DNA of 64,000 nt from positions 62,001-126,000 of the IMG/VR virus record IMGVR_UViG_3300028275_000006; one strand, given 5' to 3'. The notes below the pieces were generated by a model. That model was not told the origin of the DNA, did no database searches, and saw only the letters and a list, made by a program, of their open reading frames with translations. This document shows, in pieces, positions 36,207 through 46,952 of this stretch; position 1 is the stretch's first letter; each line of letters begins with the position of its first letter. Both the position numbers and the translations under genes were made by a program.

Positions 36207-37816
36207 CTTCCGCCAATATAACCGAACGGCTCCCAAGTACCAGGAGTACCGCTCATTACGCAGATCCATCCAACGTAACTAGTTCTTACTGGACTGCTAT
36301 TCCAAATGATATCGCCTTTGTTCCAGGCTTTTTCTGTAGGAGCACCTACGCCGTGTGCAAAGCGTTTACCATTGATAACCATCATTCCGTCTACGCTGAA
36401 TGCCGCATCTTCTTGTGGGTTGGTAATGTTTACACTTAGTTGTCCATAGATGTTTACATTTCTAGTTGTATTATTTTTGTCACCGATACGGATACTGCCA
36501 GCGTTATCTACTTCAAAGTCTTCGCCAATGCCAAACTTATCTGCTGTAATACCACTGCTGGATAATCTTAATGTGCCCGAGCCGTCTTTGATTGTTACAG
36601 AATTGTTAATTGTAACTACGCTGTCTTGTACAGTAATGCTGTCTGACAAGTTTACTGTTCCAGCAACATCTAATGATGTCAGTGTGCCTAAACGAGTAAG
36701 ACTAGAGTTAACAACGCTAACTCCTAGGTCAGTTCTGTTTAATACACTCTTACCGTCGATCCAGAATTCTTTGTTAATTGCTAATTCAAGACTTTCTGAA
36801 GAATAGATTCTGTCAGGGTTTGGAAGCATAATAAACTGACGTGTACCACCTTCGCCCTTCCATTGCATACCCTTGCCAAAAATACTGTTATCCTTACTGG
36901 CTATAAATTCTATTGGACTAGTTTTTTCGATTCTGATGTCAGATACAATGCTGTCTACTTCTAATCTGCCGTGAACTTTGACTATTGCGCCTTTGCTCTT
37001 AGCATTGCCAAACTCTGTAGTGTTTCCTGATACTGTAATACGTCTTGTGTTATCGGTAACAATACTGAAACTGTTACTGCCCCAAGTACCTACAAAACCC
37101 ACTGAGTCTTGATCCGCACCTAAAATTACTTCTACATTATTGTCAACGGCACTGATAACTGCGTTTGGTTCTTCTGTATTGACACCTAGTCTTCCTAGGG
37201 CATTAACAAAAACTGTGTCACCTAGGTTTGTTTCGCCTGTAACACGTAGTTCTTCTAAAGGACCCACTGTGCGTAGGTTACTGTCACGTACTGAATTACC
37301 TAATCTTGTGCGCTCTAAAACATCTGTGCCTTCAATTTGATACTTAGAACCTTTGTATAAATCAATAGATTCTGTGCTGAAAATTCTTTTTGGGTTTGCT
37401 TTAAAAACAAACTGATAACTTACATCTGGGCTGTCCCATTGCAAGCCTTTACCATCTAAATCGCTGAGTTGTCTGCTGGCAAAAGAAATGGATTTTGTAA
37501 ATGATTCTAGGCTTTGTTCTGAAATAACATTCTTAACTAACAGCGTATCTGCTTCTAATTTGCCGTTAACTTTTAAGTTAGCAAATTCGCTAGTACCTGC
37601 GGCAACAATTTTTCCAGCGCCAAGAACGCCTTCTACGTGAATGTTTCCGCTAATTCTGTCAGCACTTAATACGCCAACCTGTACACCTTTATCTGTAACA
37701 ATCATCTGCTCACGTGTAGCAGTATCAGAAATGCCCTTAGATAGTGTGCCACCGTTAGCGGCTGATTTTAGTGCGTCACCTAAATCTTGAAGAATTTTGT
37801 CGATGTTTGAGCTCAT
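36203..37816 (-). CDS. fibre-like structural protein with internal duplication (start ATG 37816)
   Basis: Two copies of KGxQW...QF...NPxRIxSxES...SxLxxxGxL; C-terminal GDIIWN...GWIC...GTPGTW. Confidence 0.7.
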   Translation of the reverse strand: MSSNIDKILQDLGDALKSAANGGTLSKGISDTATREQMIVTDKGVQVGVLSADRISGNIHVEGVLGAGKIVAAGTSEFANLKVNGKLEADTLLVKNVISEQSLESFTKSISFASRQLSDLDGKGLQWDSPDVSYQFVFKANPKRIFSTESIDLYKGSKYQIEGTDVLERTRLGNSVRDSNLRTVGPLEELRVTGETNLGDTVFVNALGRLGVNTEEPNAVISAVDNNVEVILGADQDSVGFVGTWGSNSFSIVTDNTRRITVSGNTTEFGNAKSKGAIVKVHGRLEVDSIVSDIRIEKTSPIEFIASKDNSIFGKGMQWKGEGGTRQFIMLPNPDRIYSSESLELAINKEFWIDGKSVLNRTDLGVSVVNSSLTRLGTLTSLDVAGTVNLSDSITVQDSVVTINNSVTIKDGSGTLRLSSSGITADKFGIGEDFEVDNAGSIRIGDKNNTTRNVNIYGQLSVNITNPQEDAAFSVDGMMVINGKRFAHGVGAPTEKAWNKGDIIWNSSPVRTSYVGWICVMSGTPGTWEPFGYIGGR

Positions 37817-37823
37817 AGTGTAG

Positions 37824-37854
37824 TATTTATATAGAATCCAACATAGCATAAATA
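37824..37854. promoter_or_regulatory. back-to-back late promoters
   Basis: TATAAATA on minus (37824-37831) and ATAAATA on plus (37848-37854) in a 63-bp divergent gap. Confidence 0.65.
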
Positions 37855-37879
37855 TTGGTAACACAGGAATATACCTAAA

Positions 37880-39814
37880 ATGCCAGCAGCCTTTTACGAT
37901 TTTTTTAGAAAAATAAGATTTAGACCCAGCGAAAGCGTTACAACTATCCCCAACGCAATTACTGTAGATACTGAAATTGAAGCAGACAGCGTCACGGATA
38001 CTGCTACCATTGTTGCTGGGCAGAATATTGCATTTAGCATTGAGGATAGTTCCACAGCAACGCCTGGACAGACAACTGATACCATTACAATTCATGGTCC
38101 AGATTATCAAACTTATGTACCGTTAGGCACAACAAAGTTACGTTTAGAGCGCGACCTAGGCGCAGAGACTAGCGATATCGAATTATATCCAGATCCACTA
38201 AGTCCAATTCTTATTACTAGAACTGGCGCAAATCAGATTACAATTGGTTCTAACAGTCCTAGTTTACCATTTAGCCAAGAACAAATTGAAGATTTATCTG
38301 CTTCACTTTTGACTAACGGAACACATACAGAGTTAACAGTTACCTATCAGGATTCCGTTACTTTGCCATCGACATTTGCTCAAAATGCAACTAGCGGCTC
38401 GGGCATTAATGCTGTATTCAATATTTCAATTATTAACAATACCTATGTGGCCAGCGTTAGCAATGGTGGTACTGGTTTTGCCGCAGGTAATACCGTAACA
38501 GTCTATGGAACTAATTTCCCAGGCGGATTGAATCCGGCCAACAATGTAACAATTACTGTAGGCTCTGTTGATGGTAGCGGAACAATTTTAACTATTACTT
38601 CTGCAACAGGAACTCCAATAGCATCAGATAACATAGATTTGGCTGTTACATCTACACTACAAAATGTTACAAGCCGCGGTGCAACAACTACATCAGCAAT
38701 TACGATTAGTAATGCTACAGGCAGTAGTAATACATCTACTGGCGCATTAAAATTAACCGCCGGCGGCCTTGCTGTATTTGAAAATGCTAACATTGGTGGG
38801 TATGTAAAAGCAACAACATTTGAAAGTACTCAGACAACTGGTACTGCTCCATTTACTGTGGCTAGCACTACCGCTGTGGCAAATTTACAAGCCGCCACTG
38901 CAAGTAAATGGCATACTGCTCGTACAGTTACATTCACAGGCGATGTAACAGGTTCATTCAGCATCGATGGATCGGCAGATGTTACTAGCGTAGCATTAAC
39001 AGTTGGCAGTGATACAGTTGCACTTGGTACAGATACTACAGGTAACTATGTTGCTACAGCCGGAGTAAGCGGTAACGGTCTATCAGGAAGTTCGAGTTCA
39101 GAAGGTGGAACATTTACAGTTAGTTCAAATGCTACTGCAAACAACACAGCATCAACTATTGTATTCCGTGATACTAACGGCGACTTTAGTGCAGGCACAA
39201 TTACAGCCACAGCGTTTACAGGACCAGCAAGTCAGGTAGCATTAACAGCAACATCGACTAATGCCGCACACTATCTAACATTTGTCGATACAACCACAGG
39301 TAACGAAAATATTAGAACTGATGTAGACTTAGCCTACAATCCTAGCACAAATGTTCTTACAGCAGGGACATTCAGTGGTATTATCAGTGGTAGTACAGTC
39401 AGTGCAAGTAGTACACTTAGCATTGGCACTAGCACAATTGAAACGGTTTCAGTTAACCCAGCGGCACTTACTGGCGCAACAACATTAGATTGCAAAACAA
39501 ATAGTGTGTTTTACTATTCCTCTAATGCAGCCGCAAACTGGACACTGAACTTCCGTGGTGACGGAAGTACAACAATGAATACATTCTTAACCACAGGACA
39601 GAGTGTAACAGTAGTATTGCTAGCCACACAAGGCGGCACAGCATACTATCCAACAGCGTTTACTGTCGATGGATCTGCCGTTACTCCTAAATGGTTAGGC
39701 GGTGCCGCACCGACAGGCGGTAATGCTAGTAGCATTGACTCATATTCATTTACAATTATTAAAACAGCCGCAAGTACATATACAATTATTGCTAGTCAGG
39801 CTAGATTTGCTTAA
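37880..39814 (+). CDS. tail fibre-like protein
   Basis: Thr/Ser/Gly-rich; TARTVTFTGDVTGS, STIVFRDTNGDFSAGTITA fibre motifs. Confidence 0.7.
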   Translation: MPAAFYDFFRKIRFRPSESVTTIPNAITVDTEIEADSVTDTATIVAGQNIAFSIEDSSTATPGQTTDTITIHGPDYQTYVPLGTTKLRLERDLGAETSDIELYPDPLSPILITRTGANQITIGSNSPSLPFSQEQIEDLSASLLTNGTHTELTVTYQDSVTLPSTFAQNATSGSGINAVFNISIINNTYVASVSNGGTGFAAGNTVTVYGTNFPGGLNPANNVTITVGSVDGSGTILTITSATGTPIASDNIDLAVTSTLQNVTSRGATTTSAITISNATGSSNTSTGALKLTAGGLAVFENANIGGYVKATTFESTQTTGTAPFTVASTTAVANLQAATASKWHTARTVTFTGDVTGSFSIDGSADVTSVALTVGSDTVALGTDTTGNYVATAGVSGNGLSGSSSSEGGTFTVSSNATANNTASTIVFRDTNGDFSAGTITATAFTGPASQVALTATSTNAAHYLTFVDTTTGNENIRTDVDLAYNPSTNVLTAGTFSGIISGSTVSASSTLSIGTSTIETVSVNPAALTGATTLDCKTNSVFYYSSNAAANWTLNFRGDGSTTMNTFLTTGQSVTVVLLATQGGTAYYPTAFTVDGSAVTPKWLGGAAPTGGNASSIDSYSFTIIKTAASTYTIIASQARFA

Positions 39815-39823
39815 GGTTTAACA

Positions 39824-41905
39824 ATGCCATTATTAACTACATTAGGTAGCGCAGGCGTACAATCATATGGAACTTCTGGAATACAGCCGGGAGGAAGTTT
39901 GTACTTTGTTGGCGGCAGTCAGTACTTAACATTTTCGGGAACTAGTTTAACCTACGGTACGGCAAACTTTACCATAGAGTTTTGGTGGAAACCAATTACT
40001 AATTTGACTGGTATTAAAGTTTTATATGCTCAATGGTTTGGTAACAATAATTATCTTTGGATTTATCAACGTGATGGCCAAATTGTATTTGCCACAGTAG
40101 GCGGCGCCATTCGAGCATTTGGTGGAACATTGACATTAAACACTTGGAATCATATTGCTTTAGTTCGAAACAGTGGTAGTGCTAGATTGTTCGTAAACGG
40201 TGTAGCCTATGCTTCTGCAACCTGTACTAATAACTATGCTACTAATACAACATATAATCCGTGTGTGGGGCAATGGTATCCGGGCAATAGTACTTACCCA
40301 GCATTGGGTTACTTAACCAATTTAAGAATTTCTAAGAGTGCGTTATACACTACAGGATTTACTCCTAGCAAAGTTCCTTTTACTAGAACAAGTCAGGGTG
40401 CAACCGCATCTCTATTATTAAATGTAAAATCTAGTGGAACATTTACTACTGATAGTTCAGCCAATGCGATAGCAGTGACAAACAATCTTGTAACATATAT
40501 TGCTGAATCTCCATATACTGAAAATTATGTAACGCCGCCAACAGTAACAGTAGTATCTGCTACAGTAACTCCATCTACTCTTACAGGCAGCGAGGGTAGT
40601 GCAATTACGTTTACTATTGCTGGAACAAACGTTACAGATGGAACATACTACTATACAATTGAACAAGCATCCGGTAGTACAGCAATTACTACATCTGATT
40701 TTACCTCTGCATCCTTGTCTGGTACATTTACAATGACCAGCAATAGCGGATCATTTAATATAACACCTGCAAAGGATTTATTTACAGAAGGTACCGAAAC
40801 GTTTTCTGTTGCAGTAAGACAAACATCGATTACAGGAACAATTATTGGCGCCAGTGATGAAATAACTATAACAGATATTTCTATTACACCAACATTAACA
40901 CCTGACGCGGCAACTGTAAACGAAGGAAGTAGTGTATCGTTCACCGCAGCCAATGTTGGCCCAGACGGAACATACTACTGGACAACATCTGGTATTAGTG
41001 CAGGCGATGTAACTGCTACTAGCGGCTCATTTACAATAAGCGGTAGTACTGGTGGAATAGAAAACGGCACGGGCACATTTAGCATCACTACGTCTTCGGA
41101 TAGAACAACCGAAGGATCTGAAACTATGAACGTACAAGTTCGAAGTGGCAGTACTAGCGGAACTATTATTGTATCAACTAGTGTAACGATACTTGATACC
41201 TCATTGACACCATTTACTTCATTTACTGCCAATAGTACTATTGCAGAAATGGCAGGCAACATATCCGGGTATGCTACATCGACTACATTACAAGTAGGAA
41301 ACCTTGGGCCTGCTGGAACATATTATTATACATTTAATAACGTATCTGGAACACTATTGACCACAGATATTTCTACAGGAAGTCTATCAGGATCTTTCAC
41401 AACAACTTCATTAAATCAAACAACTACATTAACTATCGGTGCGGCCTCTGATACTGTAGCAGAAACTAATAGTGTCCAAGTGTTTACAGTTCAAATTAGA
41501 GAAGGTTCTATATCAGGAACAGTATTAGTAACTAGTGGACAGATAATATTATACGATTCATCGATGACAATTTCTGCAGTTTCTCCGAACCCTGCTAGTG
41601 AAGGTAACGGATTAAACATTACAGTAACTACACCATTATCGTCTCCTAACGGAATGGTTCAAGGAACATATTGGTTAACATTTGAAAGCACCAGCTCTGC
41701 TGTAGCCGCAGACGTTAGCGGACTACCGTATTCGTTTAATATTACCAGCCAAGGAAACTATTTTATTAACGGTATAGTTTCTATTCGTGCCACGGACGGA
41801 GCAGAAGCCGCAGAAACATTTAGAATTGGTGTGAGACAAGGGTCCACTACCGGAACCCTTGTTGGACTAAGTCCTGTGATTACAATTAACGCTAGTGCTA
41901 CTTAA
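39824..41905 (+). CDS. putative receptor-binding/adhesin protein: LamG/ConA domain + four Calx-beta/Ig-like repeats
   Basis: NFTIEFW...NTWNHIALVRN...LFVNG...GYLTNLRISK; four GTYY(Y/W)T...E(G)xETF modules. Confidence 0.7.
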   Translation: MPLLTTLGSAGVQSYGTSGIQPGGSLYFVGGSQYLTFSGTSLTYGTANFTIEFWWKPITNLTGIKVLYAQWFGNNNYLWIYQRDGQIVFATVGGAIRAFGGTLTLNTWNHIALVRNSGSARLFVNGVAYASATCTNNYATNTTYNPCVGQWYPGNSTYPALGYLTNLRISKSALYTTGFTPSKVPFTRTSQGATASLLLNVKSSGTFTTDSSANAIAVTNNLVTYIAESPYTENYVTPPTVTVVSATVTPSTLTGSEGSAITFTIAGTNVTDGTYYYTIEQASGSTAITTSDFTSASLSGTFTMTSNSGSFNITPAKDLFTEGTETFSVAVRQTSITGTIIGASDEITITDISITPTLTPDAATVNEGSSVSFTAANVGPDGTYYWTTSGISAGDVTATSGSFTISGSTGGIENGTGTFSITTSSDRTTEGSETMNVQVRSGSTSGTIIVSTSVTILDTSLTPFTSFTANSTIAEMAGNISGYATSTTLQVGNLGPAGTYYYTFNNVSGTLLTTDISTGSLSGSFTTTSLNQTTTLTIGAASDTVAETNSVQVFTVQIREGSISGTVLVTSGQIILYDSSMTISAVSPNPASEGNGLNITVTTPLSSPNGMVQGTYWLTFESTSSAVAADVSGLPYSFNITSQGNYFINGIVSIRATDGAEAAETFRIGVRQGSTTGTLVGLSPVITINASAT

Positions 41906-43098
41906 GAACTAGCCTTAAGAAGAATAATCTCTTCGTTAATGCGTCCATTCATACGAGCCTCTGTAGCATTAATCTCGTCTAAGAACTTACGCAACTGCAC
42001 CTTACCAGCGGCTTTGAACTCTTTCATCTTTTCCTCTGGCTTACGCACAGTCTTCATAATGCTGAGTGTTTCGCTAAAGCCGGTAATTGTGGTGCCTTTA
42101 ACACCTAATTCCATATATTCGTTGGCAACATACTTGCCCAACTTACGGCTCTTAGTGTTATAAACCCACAACTCCTTGCTACCGATAATGTCAGTAGGAT
42201 TAATTGACACCAATTTCAATGGCTCGTCAGTTTTCTTGTACTTGAGTTTAGCAACAAGTTTGTCAACACTGACTGCTTTCTTAGCACGAGGAGCACGATT
42301 CACTTTGGCTTCCTGCATTAACATAGTACAGGCGTTTTGAATCTCCTGCAAAAATGTAATGAAGTTACGAATCTGCTTTTTGCTACGATGACTGTAACCT
42401 TCTTTCAACTGTTCGTCTGCTTTACCGCTGGCAAGCTCTTCTAGTTCTGCCAAATCGCGAGCATAAAAGTCACGAATGATACGAGCGTGTGCGGCTTTGG
42501 CCTGCTGGCTCTTCAACAAATTAAGAACCTTAAATGCTTTTGGATCAAAGTTTTCCGGATCGATTTGAAACGACTCATAGGCCTTTTCAATTTCTTCAGT
42601 CATATTCAGCGCAACTTCACGCAGACGTTCTTGAATGCTAGGAGTGTACACTTCTTTTTTGACTTCAACTTTTTCTTCGCCCTCGGTATCGTCTTTGCCT
42701 TCGAGGATTACATTGACAATGGCATTACGCAACCAAGCGGCGGTGTCCTTGCCGCTGTTAAAGTCTGCACGTTGCGGAGTCATACCACGTAACAGACAGT
42801 GAGCAATGGCGCCCATTGTGGTGCTGATACGATTGTCTTTGACTTTCTTAATAGCAACAATGTCTTCTTTAGCACAGCCTGCATCAGTCATCCACTTAAC
42901 AATAATTGGCTTGTAAGTTTTAATGTCGCTTTCTAAACGATAGTAGTCCATGCTACTACGAAAGTGTTTATGGAACTTGTCGGCATCCCAAGATTCGCAA
43001 CCTTCCCAATTTGGGCTAGTATCTTTGACTGCACGAGTGCGGTGTGCAATAACTTGCTTTTTGGTTACACGGGTTTTGGTTGCTGTCTTAGTAGCCAT
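41902..43098 (-). CDS. conserved hypothetical phage protein
   Basis: 398 aa, AGGAG RBS, own sigma70 promoter; VSINPTDIIG...WVYNTKSRKL. Confidence 0.75.
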   Translation of the reverse strand: MATKTATKTRVTKKQVIAHRTRAVKDTSPNWEGCESWDADKFHKHFRSSMDYYRLESDIKTYKPIIVKWMTDAGCAKEDIVAIKKVKDNRISTTMGAIAHCLLRGMTPQRADFNSGKDTAAWLRNAIVNVILEGKDDTEGEEKVEVKKEVYTPSIQERLREVALNMTEEIEKAYESFQIDPENFDPKAFKVLNLLKSQQAKAAHARIIRDFYARDLAELEELASGKADEQLKEGYSHRSKKQIRNFITFLQEIQNACTMLMQEAKVNRAPRAKKAVSVDKLVAKLKYKKTDEPLKLVSINPTDIIGSKELWVYNTKSRKLGKYVANEYMELGVKGTTITGFSETLSIMKTVRKPEEKMKEFKAAGKVQLRKFLDEINATEARMNGRINEEIILLKASS

Positions 43099-43129
43099 TT
43101 TTGCTCCTGTTAATTAACTTAATAAACAT

Positions 43130-43158
43130 ATTATATAGTCACTCTTCCGAAATGTCAA
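43130..43158 (-). promoter_or_regulatory. sigma70-type promoter
   Basis: TTGACA-17-TATAAT. Confidence 0.8.
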
Positions 43159-43429
43159 CTCCGCTCCAATACAGAACAAACCAATCCAAATCCTTTTTAT
43201 TCTTAAACCAAAATTGGGTATAGCTCATTCTGCGAGCTCTTTTGGGCCAAATATACGTCTTAAACGTATTGTAACACCAATTACTTATATTTTGGTAAGT
43301 AGATTCGCTAAACGGTTCTTCAAACCCGTCCCATTCCGGAAAGAGTTCTTGTTGTCCACTTTGGGTAACATAATAAACGTCAGCAGTCCAAAACCCGTCT
43401 CTTTTGTCGATTCGGAACTGTGGTTTCAT
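43139..43429 (-). CDS. hypothetical protein
   Basis: 96-aa ORF in operon. Confidence 0.6.
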   Translation of the reverse strand: MKPQFRIDKRDGFWTADVYYVTQSGQQELFPEWDGFEEPFSESTYQNISNWCYNTFKTYIWPKRARRMSYTQFWFKNKKDLDWFVLYWSGVDISEE

Positions 43430-43734
43430 TACAACATGAAATTTATTTTTTGGATGTTCTCAAACTTAAAACTACGCCAATTGCCAATTACGGTATCCCA
43501 AACTGTACAAAGAACTTCTGAAGTTTTTGGGTTCTCTACTGTAGGGCAAATGCCTTCTTTAAGAGTACACTTCATTTCTCTCAGTGTGCCATCAGTTTTT
43601 TTGAATGTTACTTCCACTGTGTCGTGCATACGTAGAACGTTAATCAACCATTCGCGAAATGACTTGCGTTCATCTTCTGTGGCAGTAGCATACCAATCAC
43701 TTTGAAACTCTACTAAATCTGTTACCTGTGTCAT
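43429..43734 (-). CDS. WYL-like/SH3-fold protein
   Basis: VEVTFKKTDGTLREMKCTL...VWD...WRSFKFENI. Confidence 0.65.
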   Translation of the reverse strand: MTQVTDLVEFQSDWYATATEDERKSFREWLINVLRMHDTVEVTFKKTDGTLREMKCTLKEGICPTVENPKTSEVLCTVWDTVIGNWRSFKFENIQKINFML

Positions 43735-43735
43735 A

Positions 43736-44299
43736 TTAAAACTCCAAATCTGCGGCTAATACATATCTAAATTCTTTACTCTGTGGAGGAGTTGGTCTGT
43801 GATATATCTTGCCAGGATATATTAACCAATGATTCTGCACAGGCTCTATGGTGATTCGTTCTGGCTGACCGACACCGTTAGGGGCAAACTCTGTACCACT
43901 TGACTTATAGTCTGCATCGGTGGGTATCTTTAAATACCAAATGCCTGATACAGTAGTTTTCCCTTCGGTATAATGGTGCGTGTGCCAAAGATTATCTCGA
44001 TCCTCGGTAATTTCATTGTTAGTCATGAAACTCCAAGCCATTAATTGATTAATCTTTACTTCTTTACCTAAATACATAAACACACTAAAGATAAAACTCA
44101 TTCTAAATTTCATCCAAAGCGGGTCAGGCAATCCAAATAAATTAACCTGTGTTTGATACTTGGGACTGTTTTTAAAATACTGTCCAGAATTTACAATGTC
44201 TGTAATTCGTTGTATAGCATCGGCCTGGTCTTGTTCTGTAATTACAGAACTAAAATTATATTTTTCAAATTGCCCAGTATGGTCTACGTATGTGGTCAT
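43736..44299 (-). CDS. putative 2OG-Fe(II) oxygenase-fold protein
   Basis: WHTHH, SGIWYL, GTEF, distal YHRP and RYVLA. Confidence 0.55.
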   Translation of the reverse strand: MTTYVDHTGQFEKYNFSSVITEQDQADAIQRITDIVNSGQYFKNSPKYQTQVNLFGLPDPLWMKFRMSFIFSVFMYLGKEVKINQLMAWSFMTNNEITEDRDNLWHTHHYTEGKTTVSGIWYLKIPTDADYKSSGTEFAPNGVGQPERITIEPVQNHWLIYPGKIYHRPTPPQSKEFRYVLAADLEF

Positions 44300-44919
44300 T
44301 CACGTTTCTCAATTACTTTATCTGCAAGTCCATATTCAACAGCCTGTTGTGCAGATAAGAATGTATCAAACTTCATGTCGCCAAACATTTCGTCATAGGT
44401 TTTACCTGCCGTATTGTGTTTAACATACAATTCAGTTAGACGTTTGTTGATACGCTGACTTTCCTCGTAAGTACGTTTAGCATCTTCGAACTGTAGTTCT
44501 TGTACGTGTACGCTACCACGTGTGCCAGGAGTTCCTGAACTAACACGATGAATCATTGTGCGACTTTCTGGCAATACAAATCGTTTACCTTTTGCACCAG
44601 CAGACGCTAGGAATGATCCCATACTTGCGGCCTGCCCAACTACGTAAGTGGCAACATCTGGTTTGATAAACTGCATGGTATCGTAAATAGCCAGTCCCGC
44701 AGTTACACTTCCACCAGGACTGTTAATAAACAGACTAATGTCTTTTTCGCTATTCTCACTTTCGAGGAATAGCAGTTGTGCCACAATCACACTGGCTGAA
44801 TGTTCATTGACGTCGGTGTCTAACATAATTACACGATCCTTTAATAGACGTGAATAAATGTCATAGGCACGTTCGCCTTTGTTTGTGGACTCTACTACCA
44901 TTGGCACCAAATGTGGCAT
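44296..44919 (-). CDS. clpP: ATP-dependent Clp protease proteolytic subunit
   Basis: [26 protein letters not shown] (Ser), MIHRV (His), DTFLSA (Asp). Confidence 0.95.
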   Translation of the reverse strand: MPHLVPMVVESTNKGERAYDIYSRLLKDRVIMLDTDVNEHSASVIVAQLLFLESENSEKDISLFINSPGGSVTAGLAIYDTMQFIKPDVATYVVGQAASMGSFLASAGAKGKRFVLPESRTMIHRVSSGTPGTRGSVHVQELQFEDAKRTYEESQRINKRLTELYVKHNTAGKTYDEMFGDMKFDTFLSAQQAVEYGLADKVIEKRE

Positions 44920-44920
44920 C

Positions 44921-45205
44921 TTATTCTACCTTTTCGTAAGTTTGTTCAAAAATATCTGGCTTGCAGGCATAGAACTCGCCCTGCACTCCTTTAATAATCC
45001 AATCGCCTTCGGTGGCAATATGTTTAACTGTTAAACCTATACCGTCTTCTAATGTGCGTATTTCTGCTTCGGCTGGATCATTGTTATGTTCTTTGCGAAT
45101 GTTGCCTAGAGATTCTCCGCAGAATTCTTCTAACTGTGCAACAGATTCGTCTGTGTAAAAAAATTGTACAGCCTCGATAATCACAGGCTTCTTACGAAAT
45201 TTCAT
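44921..45205 (-). CDS. conserved phage protein
   Basis: [13 protein letters not shown]...[24 protein letters not shown]. Confidence 0.75.
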   Translation of the reverse strand: MKFRKKPVIIEAVQFFYTDESVAQLEEFCGESLGNIRKEHNNDPAEAEIRTLEDGIGLTVKHIATEGDWIIKGVQGEFYACKPDIFEQTYEKVE

Positions 45206-45908
45206 TATGTTCCTTTGCTAACGTAAAATTAAAAAGTTTATAAAAATACAATTGATCTATCCTGTCAACTTCATAGAAGGTATCAAACGCAACTTCAGTC
45301 TTGTCAACAACTAACTGCTTAAACATCTCCAATAAAGGATTATCGCTGGCTACTTCGATGTTGTATAGATAACGGTCATCTGTAAACCAAAAACGATTAA
45401 TATTTCGCTTCTGTTGTCTGCTAGAAGTAGTCTTCAAATACTTTAATTTTAGTTGACTCTTAACAGGCTTACCCATACCACGAATTATACGTGGAACATC
45501 TGTGGTGTTATATTGTTTTTTGAAATCATCGTATATCATATCTTCTTCGTAAAAGTAAGGAAGTTTATAATATATACCTAGGTCTTTGCCTTCGCAGGTA
45601 TGAATACGATTTTCTAACAAATAGCAAACACGACTTCTAAAGTCACTGATATTTCTAGCATTAGTAAGATTAGACCAAAAGTATTTCTTACCGTAATATT
45701 TTCTAATCTTTTCGGCTAATGTTCTAGTTTCATCTTTGATATTATTTTTTACACGGTCGTCTTCCATGGAATAAAAAGAACCTGGATTTCCCTCCATAAG
45801 TTCTTTTAGACTTACAGACAACACCAGTGGATCTTCTTGAAACTCCGTGGCTTTTTCTTTATAAGTTGCGGAAAAAATATTATCAAGATCTGAAACTACA
45901 ACGTTCAT
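45192..45908 (-). CDS. hypothetical protein
   Basis: 238-aa ORF in operon. Confidence 0.65.
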   Translation of the reverse strand: MNVVVSDLDNIFSATYKEKATEFQEDPLVLSVSLKELMEGNPGSFYSMEDDRVKNNIKDETRTLAEKIRKYYGKKYFWSNLTNARNISDFRSRVCYLLENRIHTCEGKDLGIYYKLPYFYEEDMIYDDFKKQYNTTDVPRIIRGMGKPVKSQLKLKYLKTTSSRQQKRNINRFWFTDDRYLYNIEVASDNPLLEMFKQLVVDKTEVAFDTFYEVDRIDQLYFYKLFNFTLAKEHNEIS

Positions 45909-46144
45909 TATCTGCCCTCTGTATATTTTTGACCTTTTGGTCCGTTACTAATAAAATCCATTCCGGCCATACGACCTTCGTAAACTCTGCCATTCCAGTT
46001 CATTAATAGTTTAACACTTTTGTTCATTACCACAGTTAAGTTACGACCTTCATTGAATGCCATAACATCTGCTTGAACAACTCTACCCGAACTTTCCTGT
46101 TTAACTTCGCAGGTAGCATCGTATCTCACTTTAATATTACTCAT
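45908..46144 (-). CDS. hypothetical protein
   Basis: Coupled ORF. Confidence 0.6.
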   Translation of the reverse strand: MSNIKVRYDATCEVKQESSGRVVQADVMAFNEGRNLTVVMNKSVKLLMNWNGRVYEGRMAGMDFISNGPKGQKYTEGR

Positions 46145-46530
46145 GGCGCACTCTGTACTTGTTCTGATTCGGATTCATATTTGCCAGCAATGGCTTCTAA
46201 TAAATCAAAGTTTTCTTCTGCACGTTGAATTGCTTCATATGCTTTCTTCAGTGCGGGATTATTTTCTGCGGCATATTTTCTGGCCTGTTGCTTACTACGC
46301 TGTTCACGTGCCCACTCTAACAAACTTTCTGCTTCTTGTGTAAGTTCAACAGTGGCATAATTCATGTTTAGTTGTTGCCATGAATTGCCATCGTTGACTT
46401 CCATAGCACTCGTGTTAGGGTTATACCGCAACATACCTGCACCACTGGAGCCAGGACTAATATAGTTACTGCTGGGCTGGCCACCAGATACAGTAACAAA
46501 TCTTCCACTAGAATTAATACCTTTAATCAT
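46141..46530 (-). CDS. hypothetical protein
   Basis: Coupled ORF, AAGGAG RBS. Confidence 0.6.
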   Translation of the reverse strand: MIKGINSSGRFVTVSGGQPSSNYISPGSSGAGMLRYNPNTSAMEVNDGNSWQQLNMNYATVELTQEAESLLEWAREQRSKQQARKYAAENNPALKKAYEAIQRAEENFDLLEAIAGKYESESEQVQSAP

Positions 46531-46952
46531 TTATACTCCTTATCTAATTCTACATTAGTTAGTCCAGCCACTGTTTGAAATTTATCCCATGCCGCCTTGG
46601 CCGCGGGATTAGTAGCCAACTCACTGCTAGGCAAAACTGTTTCTAACCAAATCTCTGGGCGACGACTTGGATGTGCGCCAAACTTTCTTGGCTGGTGCAT
46701 TTTACCCGAATCATACAATTCGATGCTAATATCACGAAACTGTTGTTCGTTATGATAACCAGTCCATTCTGGGTTACTCCAGATACTGCCCGCACTACGA
46801 CCACCGCCGTAGCCTTCCCAAATATTGCCCCATTGTTCATCGTTATGCGGATCAAAGTCCGTACGAGTAATGAGAACAAGAACATCATTGATATCTACAA
46901 CACCATCAACAATGTCTCGAACACAACGGCTATAACTTAATCCAACTTTCAT
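46527..46952 (-). CDS. conserved hypothetical protein
   Basis: MKVGLSYSRCVRDIV...GKMHQPR. Confidence 0.65.
   Translation of the reverse strand: MKVGLSYSRCVRDIVDGVVDINDVLVLITRTDFDPHNDEQWGNIWEGYGGGRSAGSIWSNPEWTGYHNEQQFRDISIELYDSGKMHQPRKFGAHPSRRPEIWLETVLPSSELATNPAAKAAWDKFQTVAGLTNVELDKEYK

Noticed and set aside
37817-38110. N-terminal extension of ORF 36203-38110
   Set aside because: Overlaps the divergent gene and both late promoters; ATG 37816 is more plausible.
21373-41905. Diversity-generating retroelement or invertible fibre cassette
   Set aside because: No reverse transcriptase, recombinase or adenine-variant repeat pair seen; the repeats found are ordinary coding repeats.
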